From: Planctomycetota bacterium
GTDB lineage: Bacteria > Planctomycetota > B15-G4
Length of the DNA: 64,000 bases
Direction of reading: 5' to 3'
Assembly: GCA_965248575.1 (NCBI GenBank)
Contig: CBDFJQ010000002.1
Span: 2,368,001-2,432,000, forward strand
The notes under the pieces are model-generated. The model was not told where the DNA came from and did no database searches. It saw nothing but the letters and a program-made list of their open reading frames with translations. Position numbers and translations under genes: made by a program. Positions 1-10,545 of the stretch are shown one piece after another (within the stretch, counting starts at the first letter, position 1; each line of letters opens with the position of its first letter).

Positions 1-11
1 TGGACACGAGC

Positions 12-2741
12 ATGACGCCCGTGGTCGGCGCCGACGTAAGCACCAACGAGGGCGGCGCAGGAACAAGCGTCGCCAACGGACTGTTCGACATCGCCGGCCA
101 GCTGGCCACTTCGGCAACCCTCGACGTGACGGCAGACATGGGCGGGCTCATGGGCTTCACCTTGGGCGTCCCCGTAGTGCCCGGCGGAAGCTCCCTGGCG
201 GGCCTGATCGTGCTGGATGTCGACACGGACAGCGACGGCCTCCCCGACTGGTATGAGACCAACCTCTACGCCACGAACCCGGCCCTGGCCGACAGCGATG
301 GGGATGGCCTGGACGACGGCCTCGAGGTCCTGCAGTTGGGGACCGACCCGACCCTCGCAGACTCCGACGGAGATGGCTTCGACGACGGCGCCGAAAACAC
401 CCTCGGCTCCGACCCCAACCTCTTCGACAGCCCCACCACCATCGTCGGTAGCCTGATGCTGGATGGAGGCGGCGTGCCCAACAACGCCGTGGCGCACATC
501 GCGGGAGCTCCTCCGACACTCTATGAGGCGGTCGCAGACGGCGGCGGCGACTTTGCGTTCGCCCCCTACCCCGCCAGCCTCTCGCCCGTGACGGTCCTGG
601 CCACGGCACCGGGCGGCTTCGTGGGCACCTCATCCGCAACGCCTGCCGTGCCTGACGGCACCACCGACGTGGGCGAGATCCCCATGGAACTGCAGCTGGA
701 CCCTCTGTTCCTGGGCCGCAAGTTCGAGCTGAGCGATTTCCCCAGGGAGATTGCCTATGGGGACATCAACAGCGACGGCCGCGTGGACCTGGCGGTCACC
801 TTGGGCTTCTCCGTGGGAGTGGAGTTCCTGCTGGGGCAGCCGGGAGGAACCTATGAACTGGGCGGCCAGGTGACGGTGCTCAACCCCCAAAGTCTCGTGC
901 TCAAAGACTTTGACGGTGACACCCTCCTCGACTTGGCGACGACAGCTGGCAGCGGTGACGTCCACGTCCACCTCGGCAATGGGGATGGCACGTTTACCTT
1001 CCAGGCCATGTACAGCGTCGGGAGTGTGCCGCAGGACGTGCTCGCCTTTGACAGCAACAGCGACACCTTCCTCGACCTCCACGTCATGTCTGCCAACGGG
1101 TTGTTCACTCTGCTTGGCAACGGGGATGGCAGCTTTGCTGCGGCGACCAGCGTGGCTCTGGGCAACTCGCCTCGCTCCATGGATGCCGGGCTGGTCAACG
1201 GGGACGCCTTCATGGATCTCGTGGTCTCCCACGTTGGCACCCAGGACTTCATGGTCCTGCTCGGGGACGGCGGCGGCACCTTCTTGCCGCTGACCCAACC
1301 CTTCCTGGGCGGCCCCGCGGAGGTCGCCCTGGGCTTCTACGACAACGATGCCGTGCTGGACGTCGCCTTCGGCAGCCCCTTCAACGGCCTCACCAAGATC
1401 TACAGCGGCAACGGAGACGGAAGCTTCGTGGAGGTGTTCACGGTGGACGCGATCTTCCGGGCTGTGGACCTCGTCAGTGCCGATCTCAACGGCGACGGTG
1501 ACGTCGACCTGATCCAGGCCACGCAAGATGCTCACGACATGCGGGTCCTGCATGGCAACGGCGACGGCACCTTCAATGCACCCGTCAATTATGAGACGGG
1601 TCGCGGGCCCCAGGCCTTGGTCGTCACGGACCTGGACGCCGATGGAATTCTGGACGCCGCCGTGGCGAACTTGAGCACCGAGGACGTTTCCATCCTGCAC
1701 GGGCTCGGCGACGGCACCTTCGACGTCGCCTCCAAATACGACGGGGGCGCGAGCACCATCTGGGGTGCCCTGGCTGATCTCAACGGCGACATGGCGCTGG
1801 ACCTGCTCGTGGCCAACGGCGCAGGCGACCACTCCTACACGCTCCTGGGCGACGGCATGGGTGACTTCGCAACGCCGTTCTTCGTGGACCTGCCCTCCAC
1901 ATCCGCGCTCCTGACTCTCGGGCATCTCAACGGCGACAACGTGCTCGACATGATCAGTTTCGAGCCCAACACCAACTCGGTGCACTCACGTCTTGGGCTC
2001 GGCGACGGTGACTTCGCCCCTAACGTGGTGGTGCACACCGGGAATTTCCTGGCAGGCGCAGCGTTGGGGCATTTCGACGCTGGCAACGACCTGGACCTGC
2101 TGGTGGTCAACCGCTCCGCGAGCAATTTCTCGGTGTTGCTCGGAGATGGCGACGGCACCTTCACCTTCAAGGAGGACGTGACGTCGGGCACGAGTCCCAC
2201 GGTGGTACGGGTGGGCGACCTCGACGGAAACGGAACCCTGGACGCCGTGGTCACGGATGTCTTCGAGCGGGAACTGGACATCTTCCTCAACGACGGCTCA
2301 GCCAACTTCACGCCCGCGCCGACCCCGTCCATCTCGCTGGTGAACGACGCTCGGGATCTCATCCTGGCCGACCTGGACGGCGACGGCGCCCTGGACATCC
2401 TGGCTTCGGCAGAGTTTGGCGATGAGCTCTACGTGATCCTCGGCAACGGAGACGGCAGTTTCGCGCCGCTCGTCGCCGAACCCATCGACTCCCCCGACAG
2501 CCCGGTGGTCGGCGACTTCAACGGGGACGGCGCCCTGGACGTGGCGCTCTTCAACGTCAACTCCATCGAAGTGACGGTACTCCTCGGCGACGGCGACGGG
2601 GGGTTCCTCGAGCGGCAGGTCTTCCATGCAGGCGAGAAGCCCAGTCGACTCCTGGTCGGCCTGATCAACGACGACGCCCTGCTCGACCTCGTCGCCCTCA
2701 ACCACTCGGGCAGGCTCTCGTTGGTGCTGCTGCACCAGTAG
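12..2741 (+). CDS. FG-GAP/VCBS-repeat beta-propeller surface protein with acidic Ca-binding (TSP3-like) repeats; probably 5'-truncated by the window edge
   Basis: Many D(L/F)NGDGxxD and LGNGDG(T/S)F repeats. Three DSDGDG(L/F)DD-type repeats at about 220-430. Frame is open back to position 3. Confidence 0.85.
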   Translation: MTPVVGADVSTNEGGAGTSVANGLFDIAGQLATSATLDVTADMGGLMGFTLGVPVVPGGSSLAGLIVLDVDTDSDGLPDWYETNLYATNPALADSDGDGLDDGLEVLQLGTDPTLADSDGDGFDDGAENTLGSDPNLFDSPTTIVGSLMLDGGGVPNNAVAHIAGAPPTLYEAVADGGGDFAFAPYPASLSPVTVLATAPGGFVGTSSATPAVPDGTTDVGEIPMELQLDPLFLGRKFELSDFPREIAYGDINSDGRVDLAVTLGFSVGVEFLLGQPGGTYELGGQVTVLNPQSLVLKDFDGDTLLDLATTAGSGDVHVHLGNGDGTFTFQAMYSVGSVPQDVLAFDSNSDTFLDLHVMSANGLFTLLGNGDGSFAAATSVALGNSPRSMDAGLVNGDAFMDLVVSHVGTQDFMVLLGDGGGTFLPLTQPFLGGPAEVALGFYDNDAVLDVAFGSPFNGLTKIYSGNGDGSFVEVFTVDAIFRAVDLVSADLNGDGDVDLIQATQDAHDMRVLHGNGDGTFNAPVNYETGRGPQALVVTDLDADGILDAAVANLSTEDVSILHGLGDGTFDVASKYDGGASTIWGALADLNGDMALDLLVANGAGDHSYTLLGDGMGDFATPFFVDLPSTSALLTLGHLNGDNVLDMISFEPNTNSVHSRLGLGDGDFAPNVVVHTGNFLAGAALGHFDAGNDLDLLVVNRSASNFSVLLGDGDGTFTFKEDVTSGTSPTVVRVGDLDGNGTLDAVVTDVFERELDIFLNDGSANFTPAPTPSISLVNDARDLILADLDGDGALDILASAEFGDELYVILGNGDGSFAPLVAEPIDSPDSPVVGDFNGDGALDVALFNVNSIEVTVLLGDGDGGFLERQVFHAGEKPSRLLVGLINDDALLDLVALNHSGRLSLVLLHQ

Positions 2742-2789
2742 CAGCGGAGAGTGCGCGCGGTCCGTGGGCCGTGCGGGCCAGGCCGCCGC

Positions 2790-3878
2790 TCAGCTTCCGC
2801 TGGGGAGCAGCTCCGGGTGGCTCTTCAGCCAACCGAAGACAGCCTCGGCAGCGAGGCGAGAGCCGAGGGCGTTGGGGTGCATGCCGTCGCCCTCCTCGGC
2901 CTGCAGCGCTTCGCCCCCCGTGTAGCGGGACACCACGCTTTCCTTGCTCTCCGGCTCTTGATCGAGGTAGGCCGCATAGTCTTGGCGGAACATCTCGTCC
3001 AGGCGGTACGTCTCGATGCCCAGCTTGGCGGCGAGCAGCTCCACGAGCATGATGTCCGGGTCGCTCTTGGCGAAGAGGAAGGGCTTGAAGTAGACCTCCG
3101 CGGGCCCGAAAGACGGCCACAGAAGCATCGCCAGCTTGCTCCCTTGGGCATCGGCCTGCTCCTTCAGCAGACGCAGCCCATCCAGCATGGGGTTCTCCCC
3201 CATGGCCTTCTCGTTCTCACTCTCGGCGACCCTCGGCTGCCCAAACTTGAAGAGCTTGAGGGCGTGGGCCGTGGCGCGAAAGGCATCCGAACGGTCCAGC
3301 AGCCAGTTCACGGCGGCGGGGCGCTCGTAGGTCGCCCGGCCGATGTCCTGGTTCGTCCGGGCCCACTGATCGTTGGACACGAACAGCAGCAGCACCAGAT
3401 CGGGGTCGAAGGCCCGTCCCCTCACGGCGAAGAGTTCGGCTTCCGCCCGGGTGTTGTAGCCGCTGACGCCGAAGTTCAGCACCTCGACCCCCTGCAACGA
3501 CAAGAGCCGCTCCAGCTGCCGGGAGATGGTCTGTTCGAGCGGTGTGCGGATGCCCTGGACCACGGAGTCGCCGAGCAAGAGGATCCGCGGGCCGGACTTC
3601 TGGAGCGAGCGCTCCACGTCCCGCTGGCCGTGGCTGTTGGTTGCAAAGACGAGCCCGTTACGCGGGCTCTCGGGCTTCCAGTCGGGCTTGAGGTCGTAGC
3701 CGAGGACAGGGTTCTCGCTCAGTCGGAAGGCGCTCCCGGCACCCCGGACGTCCAAGCGCATCATGGTGGGTGCGAGGCCCAGTGAGCGCACGAGAAGCTC
3801 GGCGAGCCCGAGCCCCAGCAGAAGGGCCCCGAGCACGAGCACGAGACGCGGTATCATTTTCGACTTCGGGCGGGGCAT
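2790..3878 (-). CDS. SGNH/GDSL hydrolase-family protein with N-terminal membrane anchor
   Basis: LLLGDS block I, NFGVSGY block II, DGMHPN block V. Start moved to the ATG at 3878 (or 3857) ahead of the hydrophobic segment, avoiding overlap with ftsH. Confidence 0.8.
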   Translation of the reverse strand: MPRPKSKMIPRLVLVLGALLLGLGLAELLVRSLGLAPTMMRLDVRGAGSAFRLSENPVLGYDLKPDWKPESPRNGLVFATNSHGQRDVERSLQKSGPRILLLGDSVVQGIRTPLEQTISRQLERLLSLQGVEVLNFGVSGYNTRAEAELFAVRGRAFDPDLVLLLFVSNDQWARTNQDIGRATYERPAAVNWLLDRSDAFRATAHALKLFKFGQPRVAESENEKAMGENPMLDGLRLLKEQADAQGSKLAMLLWPSFGPAEVYFKPFLFAKSDPDIMLVELLAAKLGIETYRLDEMFRQDYAAYLDQEPESKESVVSRYTGGEALQAEEGDGMHPNALGSRLAAEAVFGWLKSHPELLPSGS

Positions 3879-3963
3879 CTTCGACGTGCACGCAGGTGTT
3901 ACAGGATCGGGAATCAGGCCGGTGCCCGTGTGTAGCAGATTTCCAGATGGCATGCTGGGGTCC

Positions 3964-5811
3964 ATGGAAGAGAGCAAGGACAGCTCTGCAAACGAAGCCC
4001 GCCGTAAGCCCCGCTTCAGCGTGTTGCACGTGATCATGGTGATCCTCGTCGCCATGCTGCTGCGGGATGCCTGGGTCCAGAGCCGCGATGTCGCGCTGGT
4101 GCCCTACAGCCAGTTCCAGGAGTGGCTGGCTAACGATCTGGTCCAAGATGTCGTCGTGCGCGGGCAGCAGGTCAGTGGCGAGCTGAAGCAGGAGCTCGAT
4201 GGCAAGACACGCTTCAGCACAACCCGCGTAGAGCAGGACCTGGCCGTCGAGCTCCAGGAACACGGCGTGACCTTCACGGGCCAGGAAGACAGCCAGTTCT
4301 TGCCACTGCTGCTCTCCTGGGTCATCCCGCTCGGGTTGTTCCTGCTCTTCATCTCCTTCATGGCCAAGCGCAGGGCTGCAGGCGGTGGTGCTGGGCTGCT
4401 GTCCATCGGCAAGAGCCGTGCGAAGGTCTTCGTCGAGACGGACACCCAAACCACCTTCGCCGACGTCGCGGGTGTCGAGGAGGCCAAGGCCGAGCTGCAG
4501 GAGATCGTCACCTTCCTGAAGGACCCCACCAGCCATGGCAGGCTCGGCGCGCGCATGCCCAAGGGCAGCCTGCTCGTGGGGCCACCCGGCACCGGCAAGA
4601 CGCTGCTGGCCCGGGCGGTGGCCGGCGAGGCCGGCGTCCCCTTCTTCTCCATCAGCGGCAGCGAGTTCGTGGAGATGTTCGTGGGCGTAGGCGCCTCACG
4701 CGTCCGCGATCTCTTCGAACAGGCGCGCAAGCGTTCGCCTTGCATCATCTTCATCGATGAGCTGGACGCCATCGGTCGGGCCCGGGGCGCCTTCCCCGGG
4801 GCGGGCGGCCACGACGAGAAGGAGCAGACCCTCAACCAGCTGCTGGTGGAGCTCGACGGCTTCGACCCCAGCACCGGCATCGTGCTGCTCGCCGCCACCA
4901 ACCGCCCCGAGATCCTCGACCCGGCCCTGCTCCGGGCGGGCCGCTTCGACCGCCAGATCCTCGTGGACCGGCCGGACAAGAACGGCCGCGCGGCCATCCT
5001 CATGGTGCACATGGCGATGATCGTCTACGCAGAGGAGGTCGACGCCGATGCCGTGGCTGCCCTCACGCCGGGCTTCACCGGCGCCGACCTCGCCAACCTG
5101 GTGAATGAAGCGGCACTGGCTGCCACCCGCCGCAATGCCGAGGCCGTCACGATGGACGACTTCAATGCGGCCATCGAGCGCATCATCGCCGGGCTCGAGA
5201 AGCGCAACCGCCTGCTCAACGTCGTGGAACGAAAAGTGGTCGCTCATCACGAGATGGGCCACGCTCTCGTGGCAGCGGCCCTGCAGACCACGGACCGTGT
5301 GCACAAGGTGTCCATCATCCCGCGTGGCATCTCCGCCCTGGGCTACACCATCCAACGCCCCATCGAAGACCGCTACCTCATGATGCGCGATGAGTTGGCC
5401 GACCGCATGGCGGTGCTCCTGGGGGGGCGCGCTGCGGAAGAGCTCATCTTCGAGCGCATCTCCACGGGCGCCTCGGACGACCTGGCCAAGGCCACGGACC
5501 TCGCGCGCGGCATGGCCATGCGCTACGGCATGGTGCCGGAGCTCGGGCATGGCATCTGGGACTCCGACCCGCGTCCGGGGCCCGGCGGCGTCTGGTCCAA
5601 GAACGACTTCAGCGAAAGCACCGCCCAGGCCATCGATGTTGCCGTGAAGCAGCTGCTCGAGGGCGCCTACACGAGAGCCGCTGCGGTTCTCCGGCAGAAC
5701 CGCAGCGTCCTCGAAGAGAGCTCCGCCGCGCTGCTCGAGGCGGAGACTCTCGACGAGGAGGCGCTGGGTGCGTTCTTCAAGCGCCTGCAGATCCCTCCTG
5801 AGGTTGACTAG
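3964..5811 (+). CDS. ftsH: ATP-dependent zinc metalloprotease FtsH
   Basis: Two N-terminal TM segments, Walker A GPPGTGKT, Walker [27 protein letters not shown] zinc motif. Start at MEESKD. Confidence 0.95.
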   Translation: MEESKDSSANEARRKPRFSVLHVIMVILVAMLLRDAWVQSRDVALVPYSQFQEWLANDLVQDVVVRGQQVSGELKQELDGKTRFSTTRVEQDLAVELQEHGVTFTGQEDSQFLPLLLSWVIPLGLFLLFISFMAKRRAAGGGAGLLSIGKSRAKVFVETDTQTTFADVAGVEEAKAELQEIVTFLKDPTSHGRLGARMPKGSLLVGPPGTGKTLLARAVAGEAGVPFFSISGSEFVEMFVGVGASRVRDLFEQARKRSPCIIFIDELDAIGRARGAFPGAGGHDEKEQTLNQLLVELDGFDPSTGIVLLAATNRPEILDPALLRAGRFDRQILVDRPDKNGRAAILMVHMAMIVYAEEVDADAVAALTPGFTGADLANLVNEAALAATRRNAEAVTMDDFNAAIERIIAGLEKRNRLLNVVERKVVAHHEMGHALVAAALQTTDRVHKVSIIPRGISALGYTIQRPIEDRYLMMRDELADRMAVLLGGRAAEELIFERISTGASDDLAKATDLARGMAMRYGMVPELGHGIWDSDPRPGPGGVWSKNDFSESTAQAIDVAVKQLLEGAYTRAAAVLRQNRSVLEESSAALLEAETLDEEALGAFFKRLQIPPEVD

Positions 5812-5820
5812 GCGGACGCC

Positions 5821-8800
5821 TCAAAGAGGCCAGCGCAGAGCGAAGACCTTGCTGACCGAGTTGTTCTCCAGCTTGTCGCCGTTGCCTGGGGAATCGATGG
5901 AGACGGTGGCCCTCGCCCAGATGGTCGAATCGCCGAACACCCAGGGCGTGCCCGGAATCGCGGCCAGGGGGGCACTGGCGGATGGCACAAAGCCATCACC
6001 CCAGCCATCCACCGGCCCCGACGCACCCAGCGGGATATCGCCCAGAGGCGTGAAGGGTGTGCTCTCGTCTGGGTCCGGGGTTCCAGCCAACTGGAGGTAC
6101 CAGGACATGGACAAGGTTCCGTTGACACCCGCAGCCACCAAGTCATCCGTCCCCACGTTGTGCACGCTCGGCATGTCGAACTCGATGGAGCCGTTGTCCA
6201 CGTAGATGTCGAACTCGCGCGCAGTCAGGGCGGGGTCAGGAAAACTCGAGGGCGTCCCGCTGTCCGGCACGAAGTTCCGCAACTCCAGTACGTACTCGGC
6301 ACCACACGCCGCCCCGGAGCTGTCGTTGGGCAGCACGACATCCGCGAAGCCGTTGCTCCCGTAGTGACCGATGGTGATGGCGCTCACGAAAGTGGCCTGG
6401 CCCGTGGCGATGCCGTCGTCGCCTCCATTCGGGCCGGTGTAGAGGTCGTACGTCCCCGCAGGAAGCCCATGACGGAATCGGAGCCGGACGGTGGTCGTCG
6501 TCCCCGAGGTACCTGCCGCGAAGTTGACCACCAACGCGCGCCACACGTCCGCTGCCAGCACGCTGTCGTACTGCCAGCCCTTGGCCAGGGCCACCAGCTC
6601 CAGATCCGGCTCTCCCGGGAGACTTTCCCAACGCAGGGTCGTGTTGGGGAAGCTCGTTGACAGATAGCCTTGGGTGAGGACTGCAAGGGCCTGTGAGTTG
6701 GCGCTTTTCCGCGAGAGGTAGATGCGGTCGATGTAGCTAACCCAATCCGTGGCCAGGCCGAAGAAGGCCTCCAACCAGTTGAAACCCGCCGCAAAGTCGG
6801 CCTCGAGCAAGTCCTTGCCGGCGTCGAGGCTCACGTCGTCCGCGAAGAGCGCCTTGGGGTAGCCGTCACAACCGCTCAACGGAAATGCCGAAGGCGTCCA
6901 GGTGGAAGGGTTGCGACAGCCGAGCCCCGCCTTGAGGTACTCAATCAAATTCGCATGGAAGGGCTCCAAGGCCAGCGTGGCGTCCGCTTCAAGGAACGAC
7001 AGCTGCTGCGTCAACACCTGACGGAAGCCCTTGCTCTTCTCGAGTTCCGTCGCCGCCCACCAGGCGCTGCCAGCCGTCGTGTCCATCGTCAGGCTCATCA
7101 CCGGGCCGGGCCCGAGGGGTGTGCCGGCGCGATCCAAGGTCACACGCCAGTACTCACCGAGCAGCTGCGCCGCGCGGTACAGCGGCAGCAGGTATTCATG
7201 GCGCTCAGCGAGAGGCGTCTCCTTGTCGAGGTAGCGCCAGAGCATGGGCCCATACACATAGTCGGAGGAGACCAGCGCGCCCTGTAGGTCACCATAGGGC
7301 CCGGTCCACCACTCAGGTGTGGTCCCACCCATGGCAGGGACCTCGCCGTACTCGAGGTACGGGAAACTCGTGTCGTATTGGATCAAGACAGGGGGCACGC
7401 CGACCGGCTTAGCCTGGGTGGGCGTCGAGGTGGCGTCGGCCAGGCTGCCATCGTCCATGAGCACCACCCACCACCACTCCGCCCACTGCCTGAGCAGGCG
7501 CACTGTCCCCGGGTGCCGGTTGTGGGCGGCAACGTAGAAGGCTGGCAAGATGGAACGCCCGTTGAGCGTGACATCGCCCGCTGCCGATCCTCCGGAGCCG
7601 GTCATGTCGTCGGACCCCTCCGCATCCATGTGCCAATTCACGTAGCGGCGGTAGTCGATGAAGCCCGCGGTCTCGGGGTCCGTGTGCTTCATGGGGCCGA
7701 CCCCAAAGGGGTTACCCGAGTTCGCGTCCAGCAACTCCGTCCACGGCGCGCCGCCGGCTTGGCTGCCACCCGACGCCCACACATCGTCCCCCAGATACTG
7801 GGTGGATTGCAGCGCATACTCGAGATACCAGGGGTCGCCGTAGCGTATCTGCAGCATGGCCCACAGGCCGTTGCCCGTGTACTCCCCACTGTGCTCCACG
7901 TCGGCGGCGCCCACGGCATTGTTGCCGTGGTAGTACTCACCGCTGCCCTCCGGTGCGGGGCCCCAGGGAGCCAACCAGGTGTCGGTCACTCCCTGCGCCG
8001 TCGCCTCGATGTGAGGGTCCCGGCCCGGGAACGCCAGGGTGGGGTAGACCATCTGCAGCACGAACTCCGGGTCGTCCCCGTCACCACCTCCAAACTCCTG
8101 GTCGAGAGAACCCACGTCGGCCCACCACGTGTGGGCTGCGCGATGGGCGACGTCGAATCGGCGGAGCTGCCGCGCCCAGACGTTGTCTGTGCAGAGCGGA
8201 TCCTCGGGATCGATGGACGAGGCCGGCAGCAGCAGATCGCTCCACCAGTAGCTCTCACCGGGGCCGTGGACAGTGACAGCCCCTTCCCCACCCCATTTGC
8301 CGGTGATCCCGCCCACGTCGTTCTGGTCGTAGTCAGGGTCGTTGGGCGGGTTCTTCACGTCGTAGGTGCCCATGTGATTCAGGATGGCGAGGGCATCGTG
8401 CGACCCGAAGGGGCCCACGTTCGCCCCGCCCAGGGGCTCGGTTGCGTCCGAAAACAAACCCTCGTCTGCGAACTCACGCGCCAGGTCGAAGTGCTGCTGG
8501 ACGAAGTACAGAGCGGTCGTCAACGTCGAGACGTTCACGTTCTTCGTGTGCCGGGCCCAGGTGTTGAGCCCCGTGTACAACATGGCCTTGAAGAACAGTG
8601 GGTGGGTCTCGAGGCGCGCGCTGTTGTAGGTCGGGCCCAACTGTTGCCCGCCAACATTCCTCCACAATGCCTCCGCAGCGTTGAGATTCAGCAGGCCGAC
8701 GTTGATGTCGGGGTACAGTCCCATGTCATTGAGGTCGTCCTCCAAGCTGCGGTACCAGTTCTCGTACTCGTCATTGCCGGGCAGGATCGCGCGCGGCACG

Positions 8801-10017
8801 CCACCCATCCGTTCATGCAGCAAGGCCCGGCGATACTGCTTCGCGAGCTCGAGATGGTGAGCGATGAAGCCGCCACGGGAGTCCGTGGTGACATCGATGG
8901 CCTCCAGCTCCCCGAGGGCCTCTTCCAGACATTCCCACTCGTAGCCGTCGTGGCCGAAGAGCCGTCGATCGCCACCGAGCCAACCCGCCAACCAAAGCAG
9001 CGCTTCGGCCCGCGTGACGTCATCTTGAATCAGATCGAAATCGATCTTGGCGGCCGCGGGGTCGTCCTGGACGACGAGGTCATCCAATCCGTTCAGCACG
9101 TGTGTCTGGTCACTGCCCACCCAACTCGAGTAGGCCGTGTTGATGGCCAAGGGGCTGGAGAGGTTCTGCTTGTCGAAGTAGATCGGCGGCATGTCGGCCG
9201 CTTGGTACGGAAAGATCTCCAGGGCTGCGACAGAGGTATGCGGCTCGGCCGAGAGGATCTGGAATTGGACCCGCTCGTCCGCCCCTTCACAGAGGGGGTC
9301 CATGGTGAACCAGAGACTTCGCCAACCGCCGACGGACTGGGTGAGCGAGGCCTTCTGGAGCATGGTCCGGGTCCAGATCCCGTCTCCCCACTGCTCGTCG
9401 GGGTCTGGAAAGACCTCTTCCAAGACCGAGTCGTACGTCACGGTCCCCCCGCACGAACCCTGGGTTCCTGCCAGGACGCGGATCGCGTGAACCTCCGTGT
9501 CCGAGCGGCCGATCAGCAAGCGCACAAGCACCTTGCCCGTCCCCGGCGCGACGAAAGCCGTGAAGACCTTCTCGCTGCTGTGCCAGCGGTGGCCGTTCAC
9601 CACTTGGGCGTAGTCGGCGTCGTGGTCTGGAGAGGCCTTGCCCGGGGGCAGGGAATTGATACCCGCAAGTGGCTGCAGCTCGAGCGCCAGAAGGCAGTTC
9701 CAGACCTCCAGGGCTGTCACGTCCGCAGGAAAGATCTTCCAGGCTTCGGAAGTCGCCTCGGTGCCCCATCCGAAGTAGGGAGCCGTGGGGGTTGCCGGGT
9801 CCTGAATCTGGTCCGGCAACATGGCTGTGTAACCCTGCGCCGTCGTTGGGTTGGTGTTCTCGAAGCACCCTTCGTTGAAGAAGGAGGGCGGGAAGGCCGC
9901 TGGGTCGTGAACGAAATCCACCCGTAGCGGAAGCGTGACATGGCTCTGCGCTGCCGCGCTCACGGACACGCCCACGAGCACACCAACCACACACAACACC
10001 TTGTCCCATCGAAGCAT
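5821..10017 (-). CDS. Large secreted hypothetical protein (1398 aa), possible CARDB-like C-terminal domain
   Basis: Long ORF with signal peptide (VSVSAAAQ), Trp/Asp/Gly-rich. C-terminus has a PDP...VHNVG...DKLENN pattern. Confidence 0.75.
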   Translation of the reverse strand: MLRWDKVLCVVGVLVGVSVSAAAQSHVTLPLRVDFVHDPAAFPPSFFNEGCFENTNPTTAQGYTAMLPDQIQDPATPTAPYFGWGTEATSEAWKIFPADVTALEVWNCLLALELQPLAGINSLPPGKASPDHDADYAQVVNGHRWHSSEKVFTAFVAPGTGKVLVRLLIGRSDTEVHAIRVLAGTQGSCGGTVTYDSVLEEVFPDPDEQWGDGIWTRTMLQKASLTQSVGGWRSLWFTMDPLCEGADERVQFQILSAEPHTSVAALEIFPYQAADMPPIYFDKQNLSSPLAINTAYSSWVGSDQTHVLNGLDDLVVQDDPAAAKIDFDLIQDDVTRAEALLWLAGWLGGDRRLFGHDGYEWECLEEALGELEAIDVTTDSRGGFIAHHLELAKQYRRALLHERMGGVPRAILPGNDEYENWYRSLEDDLNDMGLYPDINVGLLNLNAAEALWRNVGGQQLGPTYNSARLETHPLFFKAMLYTGLNTWARHTKNVNVSTLTTALYFVQQHFDLAREFADEGLFSDATEPLGGANVGPFGSHDALAILNHMGTYDVKNPPNDPDYDQNDVGGITGKWGGEGAVTVHGPGESYWWSDLLLPASSIDPEDPLCTDNVWARQLRRFDVAHRAAHTWWADVGSLDQEFGGGDGDDPEFVLQMVYPTLAFPGRDPHIEATAQGVTDTWLAPWGPAPEGSGEYYHGNNAVGAADVEHSGEYTGNGLWAMLQIRYGDPWYLEYALQSTQYLGDDVWASGGSQAGGAPWTELLDANSGNPFGVGPMKHTDPETAGFIDYRRYVNWHMDAEGSDDMTGSGGSAAGDVTLNGRSILPAFYVAAHNRHPGTVRLLRQWAEWWWVVLMDDGSLADATSTPTQAKPVGVPPVLIQYDTSFPYLEYGEVPAMGGTTPEWWTGPYGDLQGALVSSDYVYGPMLWRYLDKETPLAERHEYLLPLYRAAQLLGEYWRVTLDRAGTPLGPGPVMSLTMDTTAGSAWWAATELEKSKGFRQVLTQQLSFLEADATLALEPFHANLIEYLKAGLGCRNPSTWTPSAFPLSGCDGYPKALFADDVSLDAGKDLLEADFAAGFNWLEAFFGLATDWVSYIDRIYLSRKSANSQALAVLTQGYLSTSFPNTTLRWESLPGEPDLELVALAKGWQYDSVLAADVWRALVVNFAAGTSGTTTTVRLRFRHGLPAGTYDLYTGPNGGDDGIATGQATFVSAITIGHYGSNGFADVVLPNDSSGAACGAEYVLELRNFVPDSGTPSSFPDPALTAREFDIYVDNGSIEFDMPSVHNVGTDDLVAAGVNGTLSMSWYLQLAGTPDPDESTPFTPLGDIPLGASGPVDGWGDGFVPSASAPLAAIPGTPWVFGDSTIWARATVSIDSPGNGDKLENNSVSKVFALRWPL

Positions 10018-10545
10018 GATCTTCTTCCCCTCTTCCGTTGGTCACATGCCCATGGCTCACGCGCTGCAAGCTGGCGGCACACACCCCTGACCCCACACGC
10101 GGCGGCAGCGTTTCAGTAATTCCTCGGGTGAGCAGCGACTGAGACCCGTGGTGTGGGCACACACCGCAGCAGCCCAGACGGGAGGTCACTCACGATCAAC
10201 CGAGAGCAGCCGCGATGGCGCGCGCTTTGCGGGAACATCGATCGCAAGATTCGCAAGCGATACGCATCTCGCGTCCGTCCGCACCCCGAAGCGTACCGCT
10301 GGGTGAGAAGCTGACCTCCGATCGATCAGCCTTAACGTCCGACATCAGCCAAGAACTTGCAGAAAAAAGGCGGTCGAAGCCTGAGTCGGTGGCGAATGTC
10401 GCGCTGCGCTCTCCGGTCGAGAGTTAGGGGCGGCGTGGCGCCCCATCGATCCTTGAATCGCCCCTAGCATGGGGTTCCTTCTCGCGGCAGCCGTGCCCCC
10501 GATGCCCCTTGCACCCTGTCGCTCCCCCCTGCCCGGAGCCTATCG

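Noticed and set aside
220..2700. Recurrent GGCGACGGC/GACCTG nucleotide repeats resembling an array
   Set aside because: They are codon-level echoes of FG-GAP and DxDGDG protein repeats, not CRISPR or DNA tandem repeats.
7378..9927. 849-aa plus-strand ORF and similar long overlapping ORFs (e.g. 630-1985, 26810-28132, 50762-52108)
   Set aside because: Antisense shadows of real genes in high-GC DNA; V/H/R/G-rich composition with no motifs.
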